The notes beneath the pieces are model-generated. The model searched no databases, had not been told where the DNA came from, and worked only from the letters and a program-made list of their open reading frames with translations. DNA of 63,124 nucleotides, filler included. It is 9 parts of 9 records of this genome, joined end to end, with 100 filler letters (N's around TTAATTAATTAA, not from the genome) between each part and the next. Parts side by side here need not be neighbours in the genome. Positions count along the whole stretch, not along the records: positions 31,500 to 40,747 come from SRR31147125_93392; positions 40,848 to 50,255 come from SRR31147125_93439; 7 more parts are not named here. The stretch is one strand, 5' to 3'. The translations under genes were made by a program, and so were the position numbers. This document shows positions 33,729-42,407 of the stretch, one piece after another (position 1 is the stretch's first letter; each line of letters opens with the position of its first letter).

Positions 33729-35363
33729 ATGAGAACAATTTTGACCTTTATTATTTTTGTCGCATTGAGCTCTACTTGTGCAACAGCTAAAGAAAGGCCT
33801 AATATTATTTACATAATGGCCGACGACCACTGCGATCGAGCAATCGGGGTTTATGGTGGCAGATTGGCATCTCTAAACCCAACTCCAAACCTTGATAAAC
33901 TGGCTCGCAAGGGAATGGTATTCAAAAATGTCTATTGCACCAATTCAATTTGTACACCCAGCCGGGCAACAATAATGACCGGACAATATTCGCACGTAAA
34001 TAAAGCTTACGATTTGTATACCGGTTTGCCCGGAGAAAAACATTACCTCACAAAAGAAATGCAAAATGCAGGCTATGCTACTGCCGTGGTTGGTAAATGG
34101 CATCTTCAGCATTCGCCTCAAAATGTTGACTATTTTGCCGTAATTGCCGGGCAGGGACGGTACATGGATCCTGTAATTCATGTTAGCAAAGGTGGCCAAA
34201 AGCGAATGATTCGATTTGACAGTACATTATCAAAAGAGGTGGATGTGATAGATACCGAAGGACACTCATCGGACGTGTTGACCGATATCTCCCTCGATTG
34301 GTTGGAAAACAAACGCAACAAAACAAAACCTTTTTTTCTGATGCATCATTTTAAGGCACCTCATGATATGTTTGTTTATGCCGACCGATACAAAAATTAT
34401 TTGGAAGATGTTGAGATACCGGAGCCGGATAATCTGTATGACCAACCGGGCGAGGATTGGGGATCTGTTGCAACACGTGGTGAAAATGATGAGTTAATTG
34501 AGGAAATTGGTTCAACCATTTCTCCAAATAGTGGAAAAAAGAGAAGCCAGTCTCGTATCTATCAAAAGAAAAATAAGATTCAAGCTGAAGGTCTGTCTGA
34601 CAAAGAATTGACACATCAATCTTATCAATTGTATTTAAAAGAATATCTAAGATGTGTAAAAGGAATCGACGATAACTTGCAACGAATATTGGATTATCTC
34701 GAAGAAAACGACTTAATGGATAATACAATTATTGTGTATACCAGCGACCAGGGGATGTTCCTGGGCGAACACGATTTTATTGATAAACGCTGGATGTACG
34801 AAGAATCAATTCGTATGCCTTTAATTGTACATTACCCCAAAATGATAAAAGGAGGCAGCCGCAACGACTGGCTAATTAACAACACTGATTATGCACCAAC
34901 TTTATTGGAATTGGCAGGAGTTGAAAAACCGGAATACGTACAGGGAGAAAGTTTTGTAGAAGCTTTAAAAGGGAAAAAAGAACCTCAAGACTGGCGCAAA
35001 GCGACCTATTATCGTTACTGGATGCACATGGCGCACACGCACAACAATCCGGCACATTTTGGTATTCGTACCAAAAAGCATAAACTAATTTTCTTTTACG
35101 GAGTAGATTACTCCGATACCCATAATAAAAAGAAAGTTGACGGTAAAGATGGAAATCGGTTCTGGAGAAGTACTCCTGCCGCCTGGGAATTGTACGATTT
35201 GGAAAAAGATCCTAACGAAATGATAAATCAATATGCCAATCCTGAATATTCAGAAGTTGTAAAAAAATTAAAACAGGAACTTTTTAAAATTAGAGAAGAG
35301 ATTGGCGACACCGATGAGGAATTTCCACGAATTAAGAAAATTGTGGAAGAAAATATGTTTTGA
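33729..35363 (+). CDS. S1 sulfatase (Cys-type), N-acetylglucosamine-6-sulfatase-like subfamily
   Basis: Signal peptide, PNIIYIMADDH, CTPSRATIMTGQY, GEHDFIDKRWMYEES, YYRYWMH. Confidence 0.93.
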   Translation: MRTILTFIIFVALSSTCATAKERPNIIYIMADDHCDRAIGVYGGRLASLNPTPNLDKLARKGMVFKNVYCTNSICTPSRATIMTGQYSHVNKAYDLYTGLPGEKHYLTKEMQNAGYATAVVGKWHLQHSPQNVDYFAVIAGQGRYMDPVIHVSKGGQKRMIRFDSTLSKEVDVIDTEGHSSDVLTDISLDWLENKRNKTKPFFLMHHFKAPHDMFVYADRYKNYLEDVEIPEPDNLYDQPGEDWGSVATRGENDELIEEIGSTISPNSGKKRSQSRIYQKKNKIQAEGLSDKELTHQSYQLYLKEYLRCVKGIDDNLQRILDYLEENDLMDNTIIVYTSDQGMFLGEHDFIDKRWMYEESIRMPLIVHYPKMIKGGSRNDWLINNTDYAPTLLELAGVEKPEYVQGESFVEALKGKKEPQDWRKATYYRYWMHMAHTHNNPAHFGIRTKKHKLIFFYGVDYSDTHNKKKVDGKDGNRFWRSTPAAWELYDLEKDPNEMINQYANPEYSEVVKKLKQELFKIREEIGDTDEEFPRIKKIVEENMF

Positions 35364-35462
35364 TATTAGCAATATTGAGATACGCTTTGGTTTTTTGACT
35401 TGAAAAGTTTTGGGTTTTTCGTCATTTGACAATTGGTACTCGAAAAAATATGAAGAAGTTTA

Positions 35463-35660
35463 AGTCCCTTCGGGACGCAGTTATGGTAGTAGAAAATAAA
35501 ATAGAGATATTTAAATCGCGTAGCGATGGTGTTATGATCAGGCAAAACGGCCAGCCTGTTTCTAAAGACATTTATACGCGTTTTTCAATAACATCGTCCC
35601 TACAGGACTGTTTACCTTACTCAAGGTTTTTATCTACCATAATATCGTGCCACTGGCACT
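35463..35660. repeat. Cluster of four REP-like units in nested inverted arrangement
   Basis: GTCCCTTCGGGAC-GCAGTTATGGTAG and ATCGCGTAGCGAT-GGTGTTAT in forward orientation. ATAACATC-GTCCCTACAGGAC and CTACCATAATATC-GTGCCACTGGCAC in reverse. Confidence 0.7.
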
Positions 35661-35710
35661 TTCTGTAAGTTGTATCAGCTATACTTTTGAAAACAAAAAA
35701 TCGTAATAAA

Positions 35711-38116
35711 ATGAAAAACTATTTCAAATTATTTTTATGCCTTGCTTTGTTTACATTTATTTCGTGTAAACAAACTGAACAACCTTCAAAGTTCGACGAT
35801 TACAATATAAGCTGGACAACCCAAAGTAAAAATGCCGGAGAATCGATGCCTCTTGTTGGTGGCGATATTGGCTGCAACGTATGGGTAGAAAATGGCGATT
35901 TAATGCTGTATGTTCAGCGCAGTGGAAGCATGAGCGAAAACAGTGAGTACCTGAAAATGGGGCGTTTTCGTATTCAGCTAAATCCAAATCCTTTTGCTGA
36001 GGAAAATTCATTTCAGCAAGAATTAAAACTGGAAGATGGTTACATTGAAATAAATTCGAAAAAGAATGAGAAGGGAAATGCCAAAATTAAACTTTGGGTA
36101 GATGTGTTTAGCCCTGTTGTTCATATTGATATAGAAACAAAAGAAAAAACAGAGGTGAATGTTGCCTGTGAAAACTGGCGATTTGAAGATACAGAATTGG
36201 TGTTTGGGAAAGGCCGTTTTGGAGCTTTCGGACTTGAAGGTTACCCGGGTAAAGTTATCAGCGTGAAAGATAATTTTGAACAAAATGAGGATGGAATTCT
36301 TTTTTATCATCGAAATCCAACAGAAAAACTAATCCCCGAAGCTTATCTTGAATTAACAGAACTGGAAGAGTTTGCCGATGAAATTAACGACGATATTAAA
36401 AACCGGACTTTTGGAGGAATGTTGTTTGGCGAAGGTTTTATTCCTGCCGAAAATGGAGAAGGAACCTACCAGGGCACTGATTTTAAATCGTGGAAACTAA
36501 AAAGCGAATCGGCAAAAAAGAAACATCAAATTGCAATTGCCACACACATTGAACAAATTGAAACGGTAGAAGAGTGGAAAACCAATCTTGCCCAAACGGT
36601 TGACTTATCGAAAAAAAATCAGAAGCAGGCATTTGATAAAACAGTAGGTTGGTGGAATGATTTCTGGCAACGCAGCCATATTTTTATTCAGCAAGATAAT
36701 CCGGAACCGAATAATCCGGTGTGGCAAATGAGCCGAAACTACCAGTTATTTCGTTACCAGTTGGGTGGAAATGCTTTTGGCGAATACCCAACCAAATTTA
36801 ACGGTGGAAACTTAACAACCGACCCCGGTTTGGTTGATGAAAAGAAAGCACACGACCCGGATTGGCGACAATGGGGTGGCTCGGTTTTTACGGCACAAAA
36901 TCAGCGGCTGGTTTATTGGCCCATGTTAAAATCGGGCGATTTTGATGCTATTTTACCACAGTTTGAGTTGTACAGAAAAGCTTTGCCGGGCGCAAAAGCA
37001 CGGGTGAAAAAACATTTTGGTCACAACGGTGCAGTTTATTGCGAATACGCTAACGTTCCCGGAATGGCCTTTGGCGATGGCTGGGGATGGCAAAACGACA
37101 AAAATTATCGCATCCGGGGTGAAGAAATTCCCTTTGGCGACCCACGTGCCAATGCGGCAACGGCTTTTAACGATATTGTTGAAAAAGGAGTTATGGCTAA
37201 TGGAGCAATTGCCTATCATTGGGAATCGCAAATAGAACACTCCTACATGATTTTGGAATATCACCGTTTTACCGGCGCCGATATCTCAAAATATATGGAA
37301 TTTATTGAGCAGTCGTTAATATTTTTTGATGAACACTACCGCGCCCGCCAACTTATGCGAAACGGAAAAGAACTGGATGAGAATGGAAAACTTGTAATTT
37401 TTCCTTCAACTTCATGCGAATCGTACCGAGGAGCAACAAACCCTGCCGATGTACTTTCCGGGCTGAAAGCGTGTTTGAAAAGTTTGATTGAATTAGATGA
37501 AAAATACCTTTCGGCAGACAAAAAAGAGTATTACAAGGAATTTTTAGCCCGTATTCCTGATTTTGATTACGATGAAGTTAATGGATTAGATGTAATAAAA
37601 CCGGCAAAAAGCTGGATTCGAGAATCGAACCAATTGCCACAGTTTTACCCGCTTTTTCCTTTCAACCAATTTAAATTGGGCGACGATGAAATTCAACTGT
37701 TTAAAAATGCCTACGAAATTGCACCAGCCTTTAGAAAAGGCACAATAATAAGCTGGCATCAGGACGGTATTCAGTTTGCAAGAATGGGAATGGCCAACGA
37801 AGCAGCAGACTACAACACAAAAAAATTGCAGGACAGTCCGCGCCGTTTTCCAACTTTCTGGGGCCCGGGCCACGATTGGGTGCCCGACCACAACTGGGGA
37901 GGAAGCGGAATGATTGGCCTGCAGGAAATGCTCTTGCAAACGGTTGGCGACAAAATTGTTCTTTTCCCGGCCTGGCCAAAAGATTGGGATGTTGATTTTA
38001 AATTACATGCACCGGGAAATACAACAGTGGAAGCTGTACTTAAAAATGGAGAGATTACTGAACTGAAAGTTACTCCTGAAGAACGTAAAAGTGATGTTGT
38101 AATTTCAGGATTTTAG
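35711..38116 (+). CDS. DUF5703-like putative glycoside hydrolase (GH95-like architecture), lipoprotein
   Basis: Lipobox FISC, SMPLVGGDIGCNVW, YPTKFNGG, AQNQRLVYWPM and GLQEMLLQ...LFPAWPKDWDVDFKLHAPG. Confidence 0.8.
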   Translation: MKNYFKLFLCLALFTFISCKQTEQPSKFDDYNISWTTQSKNAGESMPLVGGDIGCNVWVENGDLMLYVQRSGSMSENSEYLKMGRFRIQLNPNPFAEENSFQQELKLEDGYIEINSKKNEKGNAKIKLWVDVFSPVVHIDIETKEKTEVNVACENWRFEDTELVFGKGRFGAFGLEGYPGKVISVKDNFEQNEDGILFYHRNPTEKLIPEAYLELTELEEFADEINDDIKNRTFGGMLFGEGFIPAENGEGTYQGTDFKSWKLKSESAKKKHQIAIATHIEQIETVEEWKTNLAQTVDLSKKNQKQAFDKTVGWWNDFWQRSHIFIQQDNPEPNNPVWQMSRNYQLFRYQLGGNAFGEYPTKFNGGNLTTDPGLVDEKKAHDPDWRQWGGSVFTAQNQRLVYWPMLKSGDFDAILPQFELYRKALPGAKARVKKHFGHNGAVYCEYANVPGMAFGDGWGWQNDKNYRIRGEEIPFGDPRANAATAFNDIVEKGVMANGAIAYHWESQIEHSYMILEYHRFTGADISKYMEFIEQSLIFFDEHYRARQLMRNGKELDENGKLVIFPSTSCESYRGATNPADVLSGLKACLKSLIELDEKYLSADKKEYYKEFLARIPDFDYDEVNGLDVIKPAKSWIRESNQLPQFYPLFPFNQFKLGDDEIQLFKNAYEIAPAFRKGTIISWHQDGIQFARMGMANEAADYNTKKLQDSPRRFPTFWGPGHDWVPDHNWGGSGMIGLQEMLLQTVGDKIVLFPAWPKDWDVDFKLHAPGNTTVEAVLKNGEITELKVTPEERKSDVVISGF

Positions 38117-38145
38117 AGATTGCCGGATTCTTGAAGTGTGAAACT

Positions 38146-38176
38146 TTCACCGGTTGACTTTCGGTCACCCGGTGAA
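38146..38176. terminator. Intergenic hairpin between the two glycosidase genes
   Basis: TTCACCGG.TGAC-loop-GTCA.CCGGTGAA. No U-tract. Confidence 0.5.
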
Positions 38177-38333
38177 TTGGCATTAATCAACGACTGGAGT
38201 TAGTTAGATAAAATGTTTCAATCGATTTTATCCATAATCTTAAGATTGTCCAATTCAATCGTAAAAACACATAATTCATTATCCGTTTTATGCTATAATT
38301 TTGTTTTCAGGAAAAACTACTAAAACCAATAAA

Positions 38334-40661
38334 ATGAACCTAAAAGCTGTAAAACTGTCATTGCTAGCTTGTTTTGCGATGTTAATGTTCGTAGTTCGGG
38401 CACAATCCAATTTAAGTAACTACAATGTTGTTTGGAACACCCCGTCAACCGACGAAACCGGGCAGATGCCGCTCGGAAACGGAGATATTGCTGCCGGTGT
38501 TTATGCTATTGAGAACGATGCTCTTTATCTGCTACTCGCGAAAAACGATGCTTTTACTTACAATGGAGATATTTTTAAAACCGGGCTTGTTAAAATTGAA
38601 ATCAGTCCAAATCCTTTCGAAAAAGGAAAATTGTTTAAACAAGCAATGAATATGCAGGAAGGTTCGATTGAAATTTTTGCTGACGACATTAAAATGAAAG
38701 TTTGGGCCGATGCCAACAAAAATGTCTATCATGTTGAAATAGATTCGGATAAAAAGATTGAGGTAGCTGCCAAACCTGAATTTTGGGAACGAATGGACGG
38801 CTGCAAATGGAACAAAACCAGCGAGCCAATAGATAATCCAACGCAAGATGTAAAACTTGAAAAAGATGGGAATATTTTGTGGTATTTTGCGGTTGGAGAT
38901 CGCAGCGTTTATCCCGGCGAATTAAAATTTTATGGAGTTGCTCACATGGAAAAGGAATATCCTGATCCATACAAGTTTAATACTTTTGGAAACTTGCTGG
39001 AAAGTTCTGATTTGAATTTGAAGGAAGGAAAACTTCAGGGCTCGGGAAATAAATTCGATATCCGTATTCATTCGCTTACCAAACAAACGCCTGAAATTTC
39101 GGATTGGATTGGAAGTGTTGAGAAACAAGCAAGTTTGGTTACAAATACAGCAAAAGACTGGAAGGCACACTGTCAATGGTGGAAAGAGTTTTGGACCAGA
39201 AGCTGGATTACGGTAAGCGACAATTCACTTCCTGCCGATAAACAAAATAAAATAAACAACGAAGGTTACACTGCACAGCGCGAAGTTATTGATGGCGGTG
39301 CGTTGGTTGCGCAAAGTTACAACGTGTTTCGTTATTTAATGGCCTGCCAAAGCCGCGGGAAAATTCAGACAAAATTTAACGGGGGACTTTTTACACAACC
39401 ATTACGTTACGATAAAGAACCAAGAATGGTGTTTACTCAACGCGGGGGTAAATGGATTAGTCACCCCGACGATCGCTTGTGGGGACGCCGTTTTACTTTT
39501 CAAAACCAGCGTTTGTTATACTGGCCGCTTGTAATGAGTGGCGATGGCGATTTAATGAAACCTTTCTTCGATTATTATTGGAATTTGCTGCCGCTTCGGA
39601 AAGAAATTACAAAAGCCTGGTTTGGTCACGACGGAGCCTATTACCGCGAGAATATTGAACCAACCGGAGGAGAGCGCGACTGTGCCAAAACCGGTGCTGA
39701 TGACGACCCTGAAGTGAAACCACTAAAAACACCTCCCGGGAAAAACGATGGCAGCGGGTATTACCACAGCTATTATTTTACCTGTGGTCTCGAAACGGTG
39801 GCCATGATGATTGAACACGCAAAATATTCTGGCGATAAAGAATTTCAAAATGAGATTTTGGTTCCGTTTGCCCGCGAAATTCTTACTTTTTTCGATAAAC
39901 ATTATCAGCGTGATGAAAATGGTAAATTGCAAATCGATCCGGGAATGGTGCTCGAAACATGGTGGGTTGCAGTTAATCCGGCTCCCGATGTTGCAGGTTT
40001 ATTGCATAACCTCGATGAATTAATTGCAATGAACGCCGGAACTGAGACAGATAAAGCCAGTTGGAAACGTTTTCGCGCCGAAATTCCGGAACTTAATTTG
40101 CACAAAATTGAAGGAAAAACAGCCATTGCACCGGCGCAGAAATGGGCAAAGAAAAAGAACTCTGAAAATGGTGAATTGTACCCTGTTTTCCCATTCCACA
40201 GATTTGGAATTGGCATGGGCACCGAAGATATTGTCGACTGGACTATGCAGCACCGCACGCTAAAAAATGCTTTCGGTTATAAATGCTGGACACAAGACCA
40301 GATTCATTGGGCCTATGCCGGAAATGCTGCCGAAGCTTCCGATGGTTTGGTACATCGTTTTCAGAATGCATCGTCTCACTGTCGTTTCCCGCTTTACGGT
40401 GACGAAAGTCCGGATTCGTGCCCCGATTTCGACCATTTTGGCTCAGGAAGCACCGCTTTGCAAAGAATGTTGCTTCAGGAAGCTGATGGGAAAATTCTTT
40501 TGTTACCTGCCTGGCCTGCAAATTGGGATTGTAATTTTAAATTGCATGCTGCAGGCAACACAACAATTACCGGGATTGTAAAAGACGGTAAACTGGTTGA
40601 ATGGGATATTAAGCCCAAAGTACGCAAACATGATGTTGTAGTTCATTTTCCCCAATTGTAA
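38334..40661 (+). CDS. DUF5703-like putative glycoside hydrolase, paralogue of the upstream gene
   Basis: Signal peptide, QMPLGNGDI, KFNGG, FQNQRLLYWPL and LQRMLLQ...LLPAWPANWDCNFKLHA. Confidence 0.8.
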   Translation: MNLKAVKLSLLACFAMLMFVVRAQSNLSNYNVVWNTPSTDETGQMPLGNGDIAAGVYAIENDALYLLLAKNDAFTYNGDIFKTGLVKIEISPNPFEKGKLFKQAMNMQEGSIEIFADDIKMKVWADANKNVYHVEIDSDKKIEVAAKPEFWERMDGCKWNKTSEPIDNPTQDVKLEKDGNILWYFAVGDRSVYPGELKFYGVAHMEKEYPDPYKFNTFGNLLESSDLNLKEGKLQGSGNKFDIRIHSLTKQTPEISDWIGSVEKQASLVTNTAKDWKAHCQWWKEFWTRSWITVSDNSLPADKQNKINNEGYTAQREVIDGGALVAQSYNVFRYLMACQSRGKIQTKFNGGLFTQPLRYDKEPRMVFTQRGGKWISHPDDRLWGRRFTFQNQRLLYWPLVMSGDGDLMKPFFDYYWNLLPLRKEITKAWFGHDGAYYRENIEPTGGERDCAKTGADDDPEVKPLKTPPGKNDGSGYYHSYYFTCGLETVAMMIEHAKYSGDKEFQNEILVPFAREILTFFDKHYQRDENGKLQIDPGMVLETWWVAVNPAPDVAGLLHNLDELIAMNAGTETDKASWKRFRAEIPELNLHKIEGKTAIAPAQKWAKKKNSENGELYPVFPFHRFGIGMGTEDIVDWTMQHRTLKNAFGYKCWTQDQIHWAYAGNAAEASDGLVHRFQNASSHCRFPLYGDESPDSCPDFDHFGSGSTALQRMLLQEADGKILLLPAWPANWDCNFKLHAAGNTTITGIVKDGKLVEWDIKPKVRKHDVVVHFPQL

Positions 40662-40675
40662 AATCCTCCATAAAA

Positions 40676-40729
40676 CTGTCATTCCGAGTTGCCACCCATT
40701 TTTCAATGGGCATCGTTAGAGAATGACAG
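40676..40729. repeat. GTCATTC...GAATGAC palindromic repeat unit
   Basis: CTGTCATTC/GAATGACAG arms enclose a CCCATT/AATGGG hairpin, next to the contig break. Confidence 0.5.
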
Positions 40730-40747
40730 AGATGCTGATCCGGCAGC

Positions 40748-40847
40748 NNNNNNNNNNNNNNNNNNNNNNNNNNNNNNNNNNNNNNNNNNNNTTAATTAAT
40801 TAANNNNNNNNNNNNNNNNNNNNNNNNNNNNNNNNNNNNNNNNNNNN
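40748..40847. other. Artificial contig linker
   Basis: N44-TTAATTAATTAA-N44. Confidence 0.99.
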
Positions 40848-40910
40848 AAAACGATCCCGGTGCCAACGCCCCGGGATCAGGTTAACTATCATGAGCGATA
40901 AACACTCGAT

Positions 40911-41406
40911 CTATTCTCTGACAAAGGTGTCGATATCCGTTTCATGAGGCATGCGCATAAAGCGCGCGTACTCAGATTCGATGATCGCATAATGGTTTTT
41001 ACTCTCATCAGCCATCTGGTCGAAGACGGTTCTGACACCCGGATCAACAATCTGCTTCGCCGTACTCCGGAGCATCTTTTCAAACTGTTCCTCTTTGCTC
41101 ATAGCGATCTCACGCGCCCGCTTCTCCTTGACGTGGTCGCCGATGAGACTCTTCAACTCCTTCATCACTTCCGTCTCAGCGGGGCAGGGGTCGAAATAAA
41201 GTTTTCGTAATCACCAAACTCCCCACCGCGGTAGTAACGGAAAAATGTTCCGACATGCTCTTTTTTTCTTCAGAAAGACGGCTGAACACCTGGCGTCCCC
41301 CTTCGTCCGCCACCATCTCTGCCGCCTTCCGGTAAAAACACATCAACTGTTTTTCGCTTTCGATCGCTGCCTTGATCGCTTCCTGATGTACATACTCTTG
41401 TGGCAT
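40911..41406 (-). CDS. Ferritin-like (rubrerythrin-family) protein with homopolymer frameshifts
   Basis: GAGGAGGT RBS, AIKAAIESEKQLMCFYRKAA, and a second half AMSKEEQ...VFDQMADESKNHY (ExxH). Confidence 0.8.
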
Positions 41407-41548
41407 AGGCACCTCCTCTCGCAGCCGGGTTGAGGATCTGACAGTGTCACCTGAAACGTCATCACACTTCATTTCAGAACAGAGCTATCTTCAATTCAGG
41501 TATTAATTAAAGGGTAGCCGATCAAGGCTTCTTGTCAACTGAGAGACC

Positions 41549-41710
41549 AGTGTTCCGTTTGACTCGTTGTTGGATTTAATTTTAGGTCATTTTTGTTGCT
41601 GTTAAGGCGTGCCGACGCAAGCCTAGCAAACAGCTAAGCTGAGAAGGCAGAACGCAGACAGCGGCAGAAAGGGTTCAAATTAGTCCAAAGAACGAGTCAC
41701 ACGGGATACT
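41549..41710. mobile_element. About 160-bp palindromic MITE/REP-like element
   Basis: Imperfect terminal inverted repeats (AGTGTTCCGTTTGACTCGTT / AACGAGTCACACGGGATACT) with nested internal stems. Overlaps the arylesterase stop codon. Confidence 0.6.
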
Positions 41711-42317
41711 ACAGCACACCCAGCTCATACATCAGATCGGCCACCTCTTCAGCCAGCTTGCGGTACCCGGGCCCATTCAGATGGATGGCGTCGCTTTTGG
41801 TCTCCCCATTCTTCATCAATCGGCCTAAACTCCCCTTCAGCAGAGGGATATTGAGTTCTGTCGCCAATTCTTCGTAGAGGGCGGCATCACTGACCAGCAG
41901 GTTCGGCTGCGGCACGGCGATCATGAGAACCGGGATGCCTCTCTGGTTCGCCGCTTCGTACATGCGACGAAGATTTTCTTTCAGCTGGCCGCGATCAAGC
42001 TTCTGCAGCAGGTCATTCCCACCGTGACACAAAATCAGAAAATCGGGGTCATGGCGATCCAGCACCCCCGGCAGGCGACGCGCTCCCTCAGCGCTGACCT
42101 CCCCAGAGATACCGGCGTTGACAACTTTGCGAGCAATCAATCGATTGAGCTGCGCCGGATAGCTCATCCGCGAATCTGCACCAACTCCTACGGTCAAACT
42201 GTCACCGAACGCCATGACCACATCGTTGGGCCGCAACTCGGTCAACTGCCCGGGACCACCATCGCAGCCAGTCAGAAGCAGCGGCAGCAAGAGAATCAGT
42301 AAAGCGATCCTTTTCAT
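41709..42317 (-). CDS. Arylesterase/SGNH (GDSL) hydrolase lipoprotein, TesA-like
   Basis: Lipobox LLTGC, FGDSLT, NAGISG, GGND and DAIHLN. Confidence 0.9.
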   Translation of the reverse strand: MKRIALLILLLPLLLTGCDGGPGQLTELRPNDVVMAFGDSLTVGVGADSRMSYPAQLNRLIARKVVNAGISGEVSAEGARRLPGVLDRHDPDFLILCHGGNDLLQKLDRGQLKENLRRMYEAANQRGIPVLMIAVPQPNLLVSDAALYEELATELNIPLLKGSLGRLMKNGETKSDAIHLNGPGYRKLAEEVADLMYELGVL

Positions 42318-42407
42318 CAATATCCTCCCTGTCTATTTTATATGATTGTCAATGCTTAACGCTTTTCTACATTGATCCTTGATCAGGACGCACGATTCTT
42401 ATCAACC

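Noticed and set aside
35426-35668. 80-aa ORF between the sulfatase and glycosidase genes
   Set aside because: Coincides with the REP cluster and has no protein-like features.
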